A DNA stretch of 64,000 bases, taken from contig OX597819.1 of the NCBI GenBank assembly GCA_951406725.2, forward strand, positions 54,002,001-54,066,000, written 5' to 3'. Under the pieces are notes generated by a model that saw only the letters and a list, made by a program, of their open reading frames with translations, was not told where the DNA came from and searched no databases. This document shows, one piece after another, positions 51,407-63,800 of the stretch. The position numbers were made by a program, and so were the translations under genes. This stretch comes from Octopus vulgaris (taxonomy: Eukaryota). The first letter of the stretch is position 1, and the number at the start of each line of letters is the position of its first letter.

Positions 51407-52464
51407 ATATGAGGGAATTAATGAATCTAAATATGAATAAAATTGAACCAAATGAAGTTGAACCAAATAAGGTGGAACAGATTACAGCTGGACTGAATAA
51501 GACTGAACTGAATAAGGTCAAACCGAGTAAGGCTGAACTGAATAAGGTTGAACCGAATAAAGTTGAACCAAATGAAGTTGAACCAAATGAGGTTGAACCA
51601 AATAAGGTGGAACAGATTACAGCTGGACTGAATAAGACTGAACTGAATAAGGTCAAACCGAGTAAGGCTGAACTGAATAAGGTTGAACCGAATAAAGTTG
51701 AACCAAATGAAGTTGAACCAAATGAGGTTGAACCAAATAAGGTGGAACAGATTACAGCTGGACTGAATAAGACTGAACTGAATAAGGTCAAACTGAGTAA
51801 GGCTGAACTGAATAAGGTTGAACCGAATAAAGTTGAACCAAATGAGGTTGAACCAAATAAGGTGGAACAGATTACAGCTGGACTGAATAAGACTGAACTG
51901 AATAAGGTCAAACCGAGTAAGGCTGAACTGAATAAGGTTGAACCGAATAAAGTTGAACCAAATGAAGTTGAACCAAATGAGGTTGAACCAAATAAGGTGG
52001 AACAGATTACAGCTGGACTGAATAAGACTGAACTGAATAAGGTCAAACCGAGTAAGGCTGAACTGAATAAGGTTGAACCAAATAAAGTTGAACCAAATGA
52101 AGTTGAACCAAATGAGGTTGAACCAAATAAGGTGGAACAGATTACAGCTGGACTGAATAAGACTGAACTGAATAAGGTCAAACCGAGTAAGGCTGAACTG
52201 AATAAGGTTGAACCGAATAAAGTTGAACCAAATAAGGTGGAACAGATTACAGCTGGACTGAATAAGACTGAACTGAATAAGGTCAAACCGAGTAAGGCTG
52301 AACTGAATAAGGTTGAACCGAATAAAGTTGAACCAAATAAGGTGGAACAGATTACAGCTGGACTGAATAAGACTGAACTGAATAAGGTCAAACCGAGTAA
52401 GGCTGAACTGAATAAGATTGAACCAAGTAAAGCTGAACTGAATAAGGCTGAACCAAATAATTAA
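51407..52464 (+). CDS. TIR-RHIM-repeat protein, terminal pentapeptide-repeat exon
   Basis: Strong acceptor (T-rich)ttccag|AT; phase 1 gives G+AT=Asp and continues into ORF 51409-52464 (MRELMNLNMNKIEP...NKAEPNN*). Spliced CDS 46+500+28+1058=1632 nt, 543 aa. Confidence 0.72.
51436..52461 (+). repeat. 15-bp tandem repeat with 105/120/135-bp higher-order units
   Basis: Unit AATAAGGTTGAACCR; the marker attacagctggactg occurs 8 times at spacings 135,135,120,135,135,105,105. Confidence 0.97.
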
Positions 52465-52559
52465 TTTGAAAACATCCAAGCTAATTGAACAGTTTTCCAT
52501 TATTTTATCCAGCTATCATCAACTTATCATAATATTATGCCAATTTTTAAGAGTACTAA

Positions 52560-52770
52560 AAGGTAGCAAGCTGGCAGAATCATTAGCACATCAAACAAAA
52601 TGCTTAGCAACATTTTGTCCAGCTTTTTGTATTCTGAGTTCAAATTCTGCTGAAGTTGACTATACCTCTCATCCTTTTAGAATAAGTACCAGTTAAGTAC
52701 TGGTGTCGATGTAATTGGACTTACTCTTTCCACTAAAATTACTAGCCTTATGCCAAAATTTGAAACCAAA
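52560..52770 (+). mobile_element. SINE family B in the inferred 3' UTR of the TIR-RHIM gene
   Basis: aggtagcaagctggcagaatcattagc...ctgagttcaaattc..., same family as 7418-7629; other copies near 1-50, 36660-36880, 37120-37310 and 54380-54590. Confidence 0.8.
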
Positions 52771-53609
52771 TTTTGGAAGTACTTTCCTCAAATATATTTA
52801 GTTCTTGATTATCTGACCAAAATGAGCTGAGAGTGTTTTGTTTGAATAACTGATCTGATTATAAAACAAAAGAAACCATACTGAACATAGTTACTTAAAA
52901 AAAAAATGTTGGCACAGTTTTTGCCATTCAGTTGCTAAAATTCATTCTTCTGCAGTCTTTCAAACCATTGCATCATGAGCCAAACACTGCAAAATCTCAC
53001 TTTTCTATTTGAATGTCAGTGGTGTTTATTTCCATGGATATAGTAACAACAACAACAAATGTAATTACTTGATACATGCTTGGAGCATTTGTAGAGTAAA
53101 TGAAGTCGTCACTGATTTTGCTACACTTTTAAATCCTTTAGAATTATTTGTTAAATTAATTCAACAGTTTAAACCCTTTTGATACCAAATTGCCTGAGAT
53201 AACCCCTAGATCTATGACACAAACTCCCTATTGTAAAGTGGTCTAAATTAAAACTTTCCATAAAAATTTCATGTTAGTTCATTTTTCAAACTCCAGTTTA
53301 ATAATTTATTTTGCTAAATAACTTCTTTATTAATAAGGTTAATTAAAACAAAGGTTGAGTAGTTCAACAGGAATTTGGTAACAAAAGGGTTAATGTGACC
53401 AACTAAAATCAAACCGATGGACCAATCAACATGTGATATTTTGATAAATGTAGACAACAGATGTAATTAAAGCACCATTGTCGTAACGTTTTCATGCGTT
53501 CTTCAGTAAAGCAGATTCTTTTTTAATCTTTGTAATCAAAAACTGAAATGGTTGAACTGGTACTATGTTAATTTGGGTTACACACAATATTCACAGGATC
53601 TTGTGTATA

Positions 53610-53864
53610 CAGGCCCAAAAGTAGGTTTACAGTTATTTAACTATCTCTTTTGCATTCATATGTTAACAGTTTAGATCTTAATTATAAAAAAATATGACAC
53701 CATTATTCTATGCGAATTTAGTTAATTGTAAGATGGAAATTTAAATGTAATAAAATGTCTTAAAAGAAATTTAAAGTGCCTATGTGATAACTGTAAACCT
53801 ACTTTTGGGCCACCCTGTATATAGAGATATGTGATAACTGTAAACCTACTTTTGGGCCACCCTG
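53610..53864. mobile_element. Mariner-derived MITE with duplicated right end
   Basis: Same TIRs and subterminal sequences as 16163-16742, opposite orientation, transposase deleted; 47-bp tandem duplication of the right terminus. Confidence 0.88.
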
Positions 53865-54549
53865 TATATAGAGATATGTGATAATGTATGTGTTTTCTTG
53901 TCCTGACAACACATGATGATAGTTGTAAATGAGTTTTACTGTCATACAAGTAGTGTCATTCATTTGCAATGATATTCTGTAAAAGCATGTCTGGCCATAG
54001 GGAAATATTGCCTTCCTTTGAAACAGGTGAGTATTGGCAGCAGGAAGGGCATCCAGCTGTTGAAAATCTACCTTGATAAACTCCTCTGTCTTGACATGTT
54101 CGGATAATCCAAAATTCAGATAATTGATGTTCAGGTGACTGAGGTTTGACTCTTATACTCAAAGGAATAATTTTAATTAATTTTTTGTAAATGCTGTTTC
54201 ATTTGTGCTATCTCTTAGAATATTTTCATTTTTTTAACTCACAAAAAAGTATTTAGGCAGATTAAAAAACCAAAAAAAAAAAGGGGGGGGGGATGAAATA
54301 TTTTGTTGGAACAGGAAGAAATTTTTTTTATCAGCCAACTTTTCAACAAAGTATAATTCTAGAAAAATGTACATGGTGGGGCAGCAGCAAGCAGGCAGAA
54401 GAATCTTTAGAACATCAAAGAAAATTCTTAGCAGCATTTCTTCCAGATCTTTACATTCTGAGTTTAAATCCTGTCGAGATCAACTTTGCTTTTCATCCCT
54501 TTGGGGTCAATTAAAATAAAATACCAGTCAAGTCCTGGGATCAATATAA

Positions 54550-56125
54550 TCAACTTGTCCTCTCTCCTCAAAAATAACTGGCCTTGAATCTGCAACTTAC
54601 TAGTGTCCAGCTCAGGGGAAGAAGGTTGTGATCTCAGCCAGTTATATACTAAGTAAAATGGGTTAAAGCTGGGGCGGACTGAGCTGTCAGTCAAATGGGC
54701 ACTGCCCGAGGGCCCAGATCTGTGAGGGGGCCTGCACTCTACATGTTACCTCTACTATAACACACATTCAAAGGTGCCCAGTAAATAATTATGCCCAAGA
54801 GCCCTTAATACTGTCTGCCTCTGGGTTAAGGCTTTATCAGTCCAGGGGCTCAAGAAAAAAAAAGTTCAACGAATGTAATAAAGAACTAAAGCAGAATATT
54901 TGGTTACCACTCTGTTTGTTCTGATGAATCAACTACATACTTTTGCTTCTGCTGTTTCCTTTGATAACTCTCTTAAAATACTTTAATTTTTCTAAGAAAT
55001 GTTCAAGCTAATTATCAACCAGAACCTCACCTGTGCTGTGCCATGTAAAAAACACTTGGTGTTAGGAAGGGCATCCAGTTGTAAAAATCCTCCTAAAACA
55101 GTCATAGAAGTCTAGTGCAGGCTTCCACCTGGCTGGCTTCTGTCAAACCATCCCACCCATGCCAGCATGGAAAGTAGACATTAAACAATGATGAACAATT
55201 ATGATGACCTGTAAAAACCAGGCACTGACCAGCTCATCCTAACATATTAAAAAAGAAAAAAAGTTATTGCTAACAAAACAATGGCCTCTTTAGTAACAGA
55301 TTTTAGTGTAGTTTGAAAATTTCTGGTTTATCTTATCTTCCTGCACTGTATTAGACTATTCCTCATTTACCATAAAGTATAGTTTGTACAGCTTTTGGTA
55401 TTTTTGTTTAGTCATGATTGTGTAGCATTTCAATTATAACCTACCACCTCAATGTATCAAGGATATTATATCAGGTGTCTTTATCTAAACAAATAGGATA
55501 AGATTTAACTGTTATGTTTAGGTCAAGTAACCATACTTCCATTGCTCATTCTGCTTCTAATGTTCCTCATATTTATAATGGAAAATCCCATACTTAGCAG
55601 CATGTGATTTCCGTTTTTGATGTTCTCTTATAATCAGAGATTTTTGTTCTGTGCCCATGTTTATATCAGTCTATCTCCCCTATCAAATGCATGTAAAATT
55701 TGGTTTTTTCATTCATCTTGCTCTTTAGCAGATTTTACTCTTGAGAAATTTTGAAAGGACAGTAATCTTAAAAATGTTATATTGTGTGCAAAATAGTGTA
55801 GCTTTTCTACTTGTCCTTGAAGTTGATATTGGTTTTGAGAGAACAGCATAACTCTGCCCCATTTTTTTTAAAACAGGCATTGTAATGACGTCCAAACTGA
55901 ACATCATATGCCTTCAATTTGAAATATGTGTTTTAGTAGAGTTAACATGTCGAGTGCAGGCCCTCAGGCAGTGCCCAATTGACTGACAGCTCAGTCTGCC
56001 CCTGCATTAACCCATTTTACTTGGTATATAACTGGCCGTGATCACAACCTTCTTCCTCTGAGCTGGACATCCTTAAGTTGCAGATTCAAGGCCAGTTATT
56101 TTTGAGGAGAGAGAGGACAAGCTGA
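54550..56125. repeat. Inverted duplication, arms 54550-54773 and 55918-56125
   Basis: cttgtcctctctcctcaaaaataactggccttgaatctgcaactta...gagggcc is reverse-complemented at 55959-56125; similarity continues past a short indel. Confidence 0.88.
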
Positions 56126-58044
56126 AAGACTATTTCTCACACAGTTATTTTGTGTAGTTGGTTTTTGGATTCATGTCTTTCAATCTGATTTAATTTATTG
56201 CTCATGGAACAATTGAAGAGGTTTCTATAACTTATTCTTGCCTACAGGTGCATTTATTCACCACTGTGGGGTTGTCTAAACAGTTAGTCCACTTATATCA
56301 GTATGGAGATGTATATAAAATGGTAAGGGTCTGAAATTTATCAAAACACCCTTCAAATGTTGGGCCTCATGGGGGCAATAAGTAACTAAGACCTTTGGTG
56401 ATATACCATGCTTGAGAAGGCCCATCAAGCCAAGTGAAATCATAGTTATGGCTGATACCCGTGTCATGTAAAAAGTACCCATGACACTCTTAGAGTGGTT
56501 GGCGTTAGGAAGGACATTCAGCCATAGAAACCATACCAAATCAAATTGAAACCTAGTGCATCCCTCCAGCTTACCAGTTTCAGTCAAACCATTTAACCCA
56601 TGCCAACAGGGAAAGCAGATGATGATCCTGATTAGATGTAAAGCACTGTTTGATACCTATTACTTAAGTTGATTTGCCATCATGAAGGTTGCAATGAATT
56701 TTTGCATTTTAGAAATACTACAATGCATAATTCCAAGCACTTCAGGGTTTCTCCAAATGGGTACAGACTTTTTCTGTTGAATGGATTAATAATAGCAGCC
56801 AGCACTAAAACATTTATAATGTCAAAATATCCAAGTTTTCAGAACCTGTCAGCCTATTGTAATCGTAACCCTTTTGATACCAACCTAAGAACACCATTTT
56901 ACACTACAAATTTTGCAATCTAAATTGAAACTGGCTGTAAAAATTTCATGACAGGGTCACCAGGTACATCACCCCACCCACACAGCTGGGATGATGGAAT
57001 TGTATAGGAGTGTAGCTTTGTGCCAGTTGAGAGGGACAAAACTGAGTTGAGACTAAACAACAGCAATGAATACAGAAAAGTATAAAATTAAACAAATAAA
57101 CCTACAACTTGAATTAGAAACTAGATCCTTGAATAATTAACAGTAACTGATATATGTTCACATTCTGAAAGTATTGAAAATGTCGTGATGTTAATAGAAG
57201 TCCCTCTTTAATAAGATGCTGGGCTGCTCTTAGTATACCTACCAACTGCCAGCCAAATTTCCCCTTCAAAACACCGTACCTTGTATGTGTACATACACCA
57301 TGTAATGCACATACTACTACTACTACTACTACTACTACTACAGGAACAGATTTTCAGATCAAACTTAACATAAATCCATCCATGACTGCAAAATGGATAA
57401 TTCACACACATTTTTCTTTCCCCTCATGAATGAGATCTACTTTCTCAGTTAAAATGTTTAACCAGGTTTTTCAATGAACATTTAAAATTTTCAGACTGCA
57501 AAAACAGTTCACAAATTAGAAAAGATAACTATAAGCAGTGACTTTTTAGGTTGTAAGTGCCAAGTCCAAGTCTTAAGTAATCCTAAGAATTAATAGGATC
57601 ATCAATTCAAAAGAAAACTATATAATACAGTCAAGATATCCTATTTATGCAGATTTGTCTTAACTTGATAAAAGTCAAACATCTTTTGATTAGAAGGTAG
57701 GATCACGATAAATAAATTTGTTTTGTTAGTATGCTGCCACGAGCTGAACAGAAATATTGTTTGCTGATATCCATTAAGTAGAGTGGTGCACCAGCCATGT
57801 AGAAAATGTTCCTAGTTACAGTAAATTATTTACACTAGTTCTAAAGTTATTAAAATTTTTATCCATGCTACCTCGACTTGCATAGAAACTTGAGGCAGCA
57901 TGCCTTTCCTATCACCAATCCTCGTTTTTCAAGTCAGTAATCTTATTCCAATGGTTTTTGAACATGTACACAGCAACTGTTTGTAATATCAGCACATTAC
58001 CATTTTGGTAACAAGTGGTGGAATGTCAACATCTGCAGTCACAC

Positions 58045-58190
58045 ACAATGGGCTTTCAGTTTCCATCAACCAATTCCACTCATAAGACTTATTGGCCCAG
58101 GGCTGTAGTAGGAGACTTGCCCAAGGTGCCACACACAGTTCAAATTTGAAACATGGTTGCAAAGCAAATTTAACCACACAGCCATGCAAA
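58045..58190 (-). mobile_element. SINE family A head/body
   Basis: Reverse complement of the family A head (gggctttcagtttcc...accacacagccatg). Confidence 0.75.
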
Positions 58191-58515
58191 GCAAGTGTGA
58201 AAATTAAAACATTCAGAAAAGAAAAAAAAAATTCCAGCTTTGAAGAATTATTATTCACTTTTATTAAGTTACCATAGTTACAATAACTTTTTAAATAACG
58301 TTTTTCTTTTTCGAAACAATGAGTAAGAAAAAGCAACCAAATTTAATTTCGTTAGGAATCTTGAATTTGAATAGTTTCATAGAGAAAGTATGAGTAGAAT
58401 GATGTTTACAAAAAAAATTTTAAATGATGGCAAAATAGTTAATTCAGATGAAGCTTGTGAGAAGTGGGGGGAGGAAAAAAAAACATACAAAGGACAATTA
58501 AAGAGAAAACTGAGT

Positions 58516-58521
58516 TTTATT
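58516..58521 (-). terminator. Candidate polyadenylation signal of the REEP gene (3' UTR ~1.2 kb)
   Basis: AATAAA on the minus strand followed by U-rich sequence; 58.5-59.7 kb shows no recognisable repeats. Confidence 0.5.
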
Positions 58522-59689
58522 TACATATTATCACCAAAAGGGGAAGTGTAGAAAAATATTCCACATGACTTACACGCAGCGTGATTTTCTTGTAGATCCA
58601 TTATTGGAATGCATACAATGTTCTAAACAAAAACACATAACCTTTCACAGTACTACATGCACAGCCAAAGAATATGGTAATCACAGCAGGCACCAAGCAG
58701 TGAAATGGTCACTTAAAAGAAGCCAAGAAGTTAATTGCTATATTGTGATGGAAACAAAGAAATTCTCTGCTTCGCTTCTGACATACAAAAACAAAATAGT
58801 TGCATTCATGTAGAGTGGAAGTGGGGGATAGATCTTTAAAACATCAATAACACTCCAGAAATTAGATGTCAGTAATTAGAATTTAGCTATGAAATATTTG
58901 GAAGTTATGTTTGGGAAGGGATAAAAAAAAACATCCATATAATAATGGCAAATTATTGTTCCAGCCAAAAGATATGTAGATGAAAGAAAGACTAAATTAT
59001 GGTGCTTTGATAATTACCAGGAAAGTATTCAAACTAAAAATATTTTCCTAAAACAATATTGAAAACTGTTTTTAGTTATATTATAAACTTAGTAAAAATC
59101 TATATATATTGGGAAAAGAAATTTCCAGATATTAAAGTTTTGTTGTTTTTTCTTAATAACTATGGAGACAAATCATTGCACCCAATACAGCAAAAATGCA
59201 GTTAAGCACCAGCAAATGTTTGAAGTGTTCCAAGATCCATTGCAGAATCAGTAAACACTGAGCTGAATCAATAAAATTTCTTGATGTTTAACACTTGAAT
59301 TGGTGCCATCTTAGCTAAATATGACATGGTGGTATTAAAAGAGGAGAGTATATTTAATCAAAAACAAAAATATTACAACATATTCTTCAAATAGAAAAAT
59401 ACAAAAGTAAAACTAGTACATTGATATACAAACAACTTCATAAGAGTCTAAATGGCAAGGACCAGAAACAAAAATTGGAATGCCAGATAAAAAAAAATAA
59501 AAAGGGCCTTGCAGTACAGGTTTAAGAAAAAAAAAATTGAAGCATTAGAAAAGAGATGGCTGAAATGATTGTTTGGGTTAAATAGTTTTAATAGCTGGAA
59601 GGCTGGATTTGTGGCAGAAAAGTAGACACTCCAATGAAATCTTCACTTCTGTTGGTATTTATTTTTACATTTCTTTCACTTTGTTTTTC

Positions 59690-59772
59690 TTACTCAGCTT
59701 TTTCTCCTTTCATTGCATCAGCGGCATAGTCAGCAGCAGCATCTGTAGCAGCTTTAGATAAATTTTTCTTCA
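59690..59772 (-). CDS. REEP5: REEP5/6 (DP1/Yop1) family, last coding exon
   Basis: Acceptor tacttgcag|TG, phase 1 (G+TG=Val), VKKNLSKAATDAAADYAADAMKGEKAE*; in phase with the exon at 60707-60851. Confidence 0.85.
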
Positions 59773-60706
59773 CTGCAAGTATAAAAAGGTATAGTATTAG
59801 AATCATTACAAGCTCATGTATTATATCAACATTATTCAGATGATTTTATTTGAAATTTCAGTAGGTCTGTTAAATGCCAATTGTAATCAAATTGTGGATT
59901 CAAATTCCTGAACATAATTGTTTGCCGAGTTGCATAAACCCTCCGGCATTTAAACTGACCATATCTGACCTGATCCAGCTTCTCACACCTACCATACGAT
60001 GTCATCCTAAAAACAATCACACCATCAAAATCCAAGTTATGAGAATGTAGGATTCATTGATAACAATGTGAAATATACATCACATTTAATAGTAATCTGA
60101 ATGCAAAAGGGTTAAAACTACAAAAAAAAAAAAAAAAAAAAAAAGGTCAACTAGTGTTCTGTTAAGTTTTCATAAATCCTTACTTTGCTCCATATCAAGT
60201 AAATGAAAAATACTCAATATAAAATTACAAAAGTGAATTTAATTTAAAATAAAAGGTGGTAGTACACTAAAGCTATCGGCTATGTCAATTTTTTTTTTTA
60301 CTGCTTTAAGGTTAATACAAGTTAACCTGCCTTAACTTAATGTTAAACCTTAAGTATCAGGAAATCCAACCTCTTCAGAAGTGAAGATACATCAAGAAGA
60401 CTGGAATTTTAGTCACAAGTGCACACTTTCAACCCTGTGCAATAAATAAATTTACACCAAGGTTCAACTCTTCCAAAGTAGAGTACTACTGCCATATCGA
60501 AACTGGCATTTCCCTTTCACTCAACAACCATTTTCAAACTCAAGAGTTCATGCCAACAGGTTATCACTCTTCATTCAGTTTTGTTATTTCTTTCGAACTC
60601 AACAGGCTTTTATCAAGATAGGCAACTGAAGGTTTTAATTTACTACTAACCAAAGTTCCTCACTTTAAATGTTTAAAAAAAAAAAAGAAGAAAGAAATCA
60701 AATTAC

Positions 60707-60851
60707 CTTCATCAGCTGTTTGGTTAATGGAGGAGATAGCATCATCAAGAGAAGCTTCGTGTTTGAGGAAAAACACTTTTATAATTTTGTTGTAGATCAT
60801 ATCAGATCCATTATGAGGAATAGGGGCCATACACCAAAGCATGAAACCACA
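60707..60851 (-). CDS. REEP5: REEP5/6 (DP1/Yop1) family, penultimate coding exon
   Basis: tttcag|TGT...GAA G|gtaatt; CGFMLWCMAPIPHNGSDMIYNKIIKVFFLKHE resembles REEP5 [32 protein letters not shown]. No upstream exons were recognised in the window. Confidence 0.93.
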
Positions 60852-63800
60852 CTGAAATATAAAACAGCTTATCAATTTCTACACATAAAATTTATATGAA
60901 ATAAAAGTTGTAAGTTATTGATTTGCATTCAAATCAAAAACAATATGCTTAATGTTTATCATCAATTAATGTTCAAATTTCATACTGACAAAGATTGGAC
61001 AATTTGCCACTGTGCTCAAGGATTGTATCATGCTGTCTGGCATACTTTTTGCAGCTAGATGCCCTTCTCAATCCTAACCACTTCGGTGTGTACTAGGCAT
61101 GATTTTTTTCCCCACACCCCCAACATTAGTGAGAACACACCATGCACCTAAACCCTGAGAAGCAGCTTTATGCTAGATGTGGGGGTAAAGTACAGGAAAA
61201 GCAGAACAGGTTTCTTACTGAAGGTGCTCAGGGAAGAGATACTAGCAATTATTCTACTTTGCAATGTTTTGTGCAAATTCAAAACAAAATATCTATAAAT
61301 ACTCTTTATAAACATCTATCTTCAAATGTCTAGAAAATCCAATGCATTTTACAAGCATTTGCCCCCAAATAGACTACCATTATATTTACACCTACTAAAA
61401 AGGCATACTATATCTGAATATTAACTCAATCACTATTTCTGAATGACTTTAGAAATTAAAGTTACTAGTCCAAATTTAATTTACAAATGTACACAAGCAA
61501 GACATCTGATGTTGATCAGAGATTGACTAATTGCAATGATGTGTACATATATAAACATTAAGATTACCTGACAGGGGAAAAATCTTATCAAATGACTATT
61601 CTATATTCATGATCAGCACAGACACTGGAATAGTAAAGTTCAGTCCAGTTCAAAATGTAATATATAAGTGAAATTTTAATAGAAAAAAATTTGATTGAAA
61701 GCTTAGCCATATAATGCTCATCTACATAGAGAGGTAGAGGTGTGTGTATGTGCACACACATTTCTAGTCTATTTTAAAAAATGCATGTTGGTATTTTTTT
61801 TAGCTTGCATCCTATCATTAACATAAAATTTAATGAGGCAAGAGACACTGGCAATAAAAAATTACTTATGTTCAAGCTCAGTAAATATAAAATGAAAAAA
61901 TTAAAGAACCATAAAGAAAATCTAACACTTCTTATAATAAATTGTATGCTATCTAATATTAAGAATTAGATGATAAAATGAAGCCAGTGAATGTACTTAT
62001 ATCCTCCCACTTTAGAATTAACATTTATAGTGTAAGTAGTAACCATAGTAACATTAGGATGTGGCAATTTTGTTTGAAACACGAGCTGGTTGATGCAGCA
62101 GGACCAATACCTTAACAGTCTCTGAAAAGATTTGATAGCCCAAAACAGAAAGATGCTGTTATAGGATACTCGCCAAAATGTATTTAAAAACCTGCCAGCA
62201 GATAATTAAATCTGTATGTGTGTGTGTGTGTGTGTGTACATGGATGCATGTGTATATGTATACCTGTGAAATGTGCATATGTATATACACACACATACGT
62301 ACATAAACACGTATGTTAGTCCCTAAGAAATTCCCCAATTCATAAAAAACCCAAACATTTATAATTAAAGAGGAAAAAATGAGGAAAATAGAAACTAAAA
62401 AAAAAAAAAAAAAAAAAAAAATTACTTCTACAAGTTTCAGTTTACAAATACAGGTAAATTTTTCAAAAATACAGGTCTTAAAATAATGTGCATAAAATTT
62501 TCAGAGTAAGGATAGTGATAAGATTACATAAACGATATAAAATGGTTATCTATCATTGCAAAATAAACGCAAGAAATTTTATATTGAAGAAAAATAAATT
62601 CCCTTGCCAACATTGCTAGTAGGAAAGGATTGGATGGGTTTGTGTAACAGCCTCAGCATCAGTTATTCTCATATTTAACAACGCTTGACTTGCTAAAAGC
62701 TGCTCTAATTACCTCACCCCATGTTATCCTTAGTCTACTTTTTTGGCTATCTCTAGCATTTTACTAGTCATCCACTCATCTTATAAACTAGTTTATATTA
62801 ACAGTCATCTGCTACACTAAGCACAGCTGATAACCAGCACATTATTCACAGCCTGCGTACCGCCACTGCAGATGCTGTCTTCACTGCACAGGTTTCACCA
62901 TTCTATAAACATGACAATCTACTTTTTATATGGTGAGAGAGTACAAAGTTTGTACTCTAACCAGTTATTGTCTAATCTGATCAGTAGCCAAGATACCAAA
63001 GCCTAACTACTTGTGAATTATCTCAAACTTGGTTGCTCAACTAATTCTACCGGTGTATTTAAAAAGTACAGGTCCTTTTTAAATGTGTCCCAGCTCTTGA
63101 AACATGCACATAACATTGAATACACAATTACATTATGAAAGCTTTGTAATTTCCTTTTTGCATGGTATATAAAAATTATATTTCCATAAATACCAAAGTA
63201 GTGAATTCTAAAGTCTTTAACAAACTAGAAACAATACAAATAAAATGGAATTTATATTGGTACAATTTTCAGTTAAATAAATATGAACACCATACATGAG
63301 GCTTTGTATTCCCCTATTATAAGTTTGTCATGTTTTTATCAGATTTATGGTGACACTGAGTTGAAGTTGTCATTTGAACTACATTAAGAAAATTAGCATA
63401 ATATATTAAAGTATTAAGTATAAGAGATATTGAGTCCTAGATGGGTTTTCAGTGTTGTTGCTTATAAAAAAAGTATTTTAATAGCTACAAATGAAGTTTG
63501 CAAATCTAAAACTTTACATATAAAAAGGCTCAAAAGTTCAATTTTTAAAGAACAGGATATAAAACAGGTTTAATGATTGGAAAAATAAAGAATTCAAATT
63601 CCTTTCAACTAAATCAAAATATTAATAGCCAATAATGTAACTCATTTTTCTAATTAAATGTTTATCATGGTAAATGAAAAAATATATATACAGTATCTAT
63701 TTAAATGATATGCTGCTGCTTTCTTCAGACAAAAATTATTTTTAAATTCTGTAATGGAGAAATCAAAGTTACTGGATTTAATAAAATTTTATAACAGCTA

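Noticed and set aside
51436-52461. CRISPR-like array or TRAF6-binding motif array
   Set aside because: No unique spacers and a eukaryotic context; PNEVEP lacks the acidic/aromatic residue required by PxExx(Ar/Ac).
51348-52500. Two long minus-strand ORFs (347 and 357 aa)
   Set aside because: By-products of the 15-bp periodicity; no splice or start context, whereas the plus frame has an in-phase acceptor.
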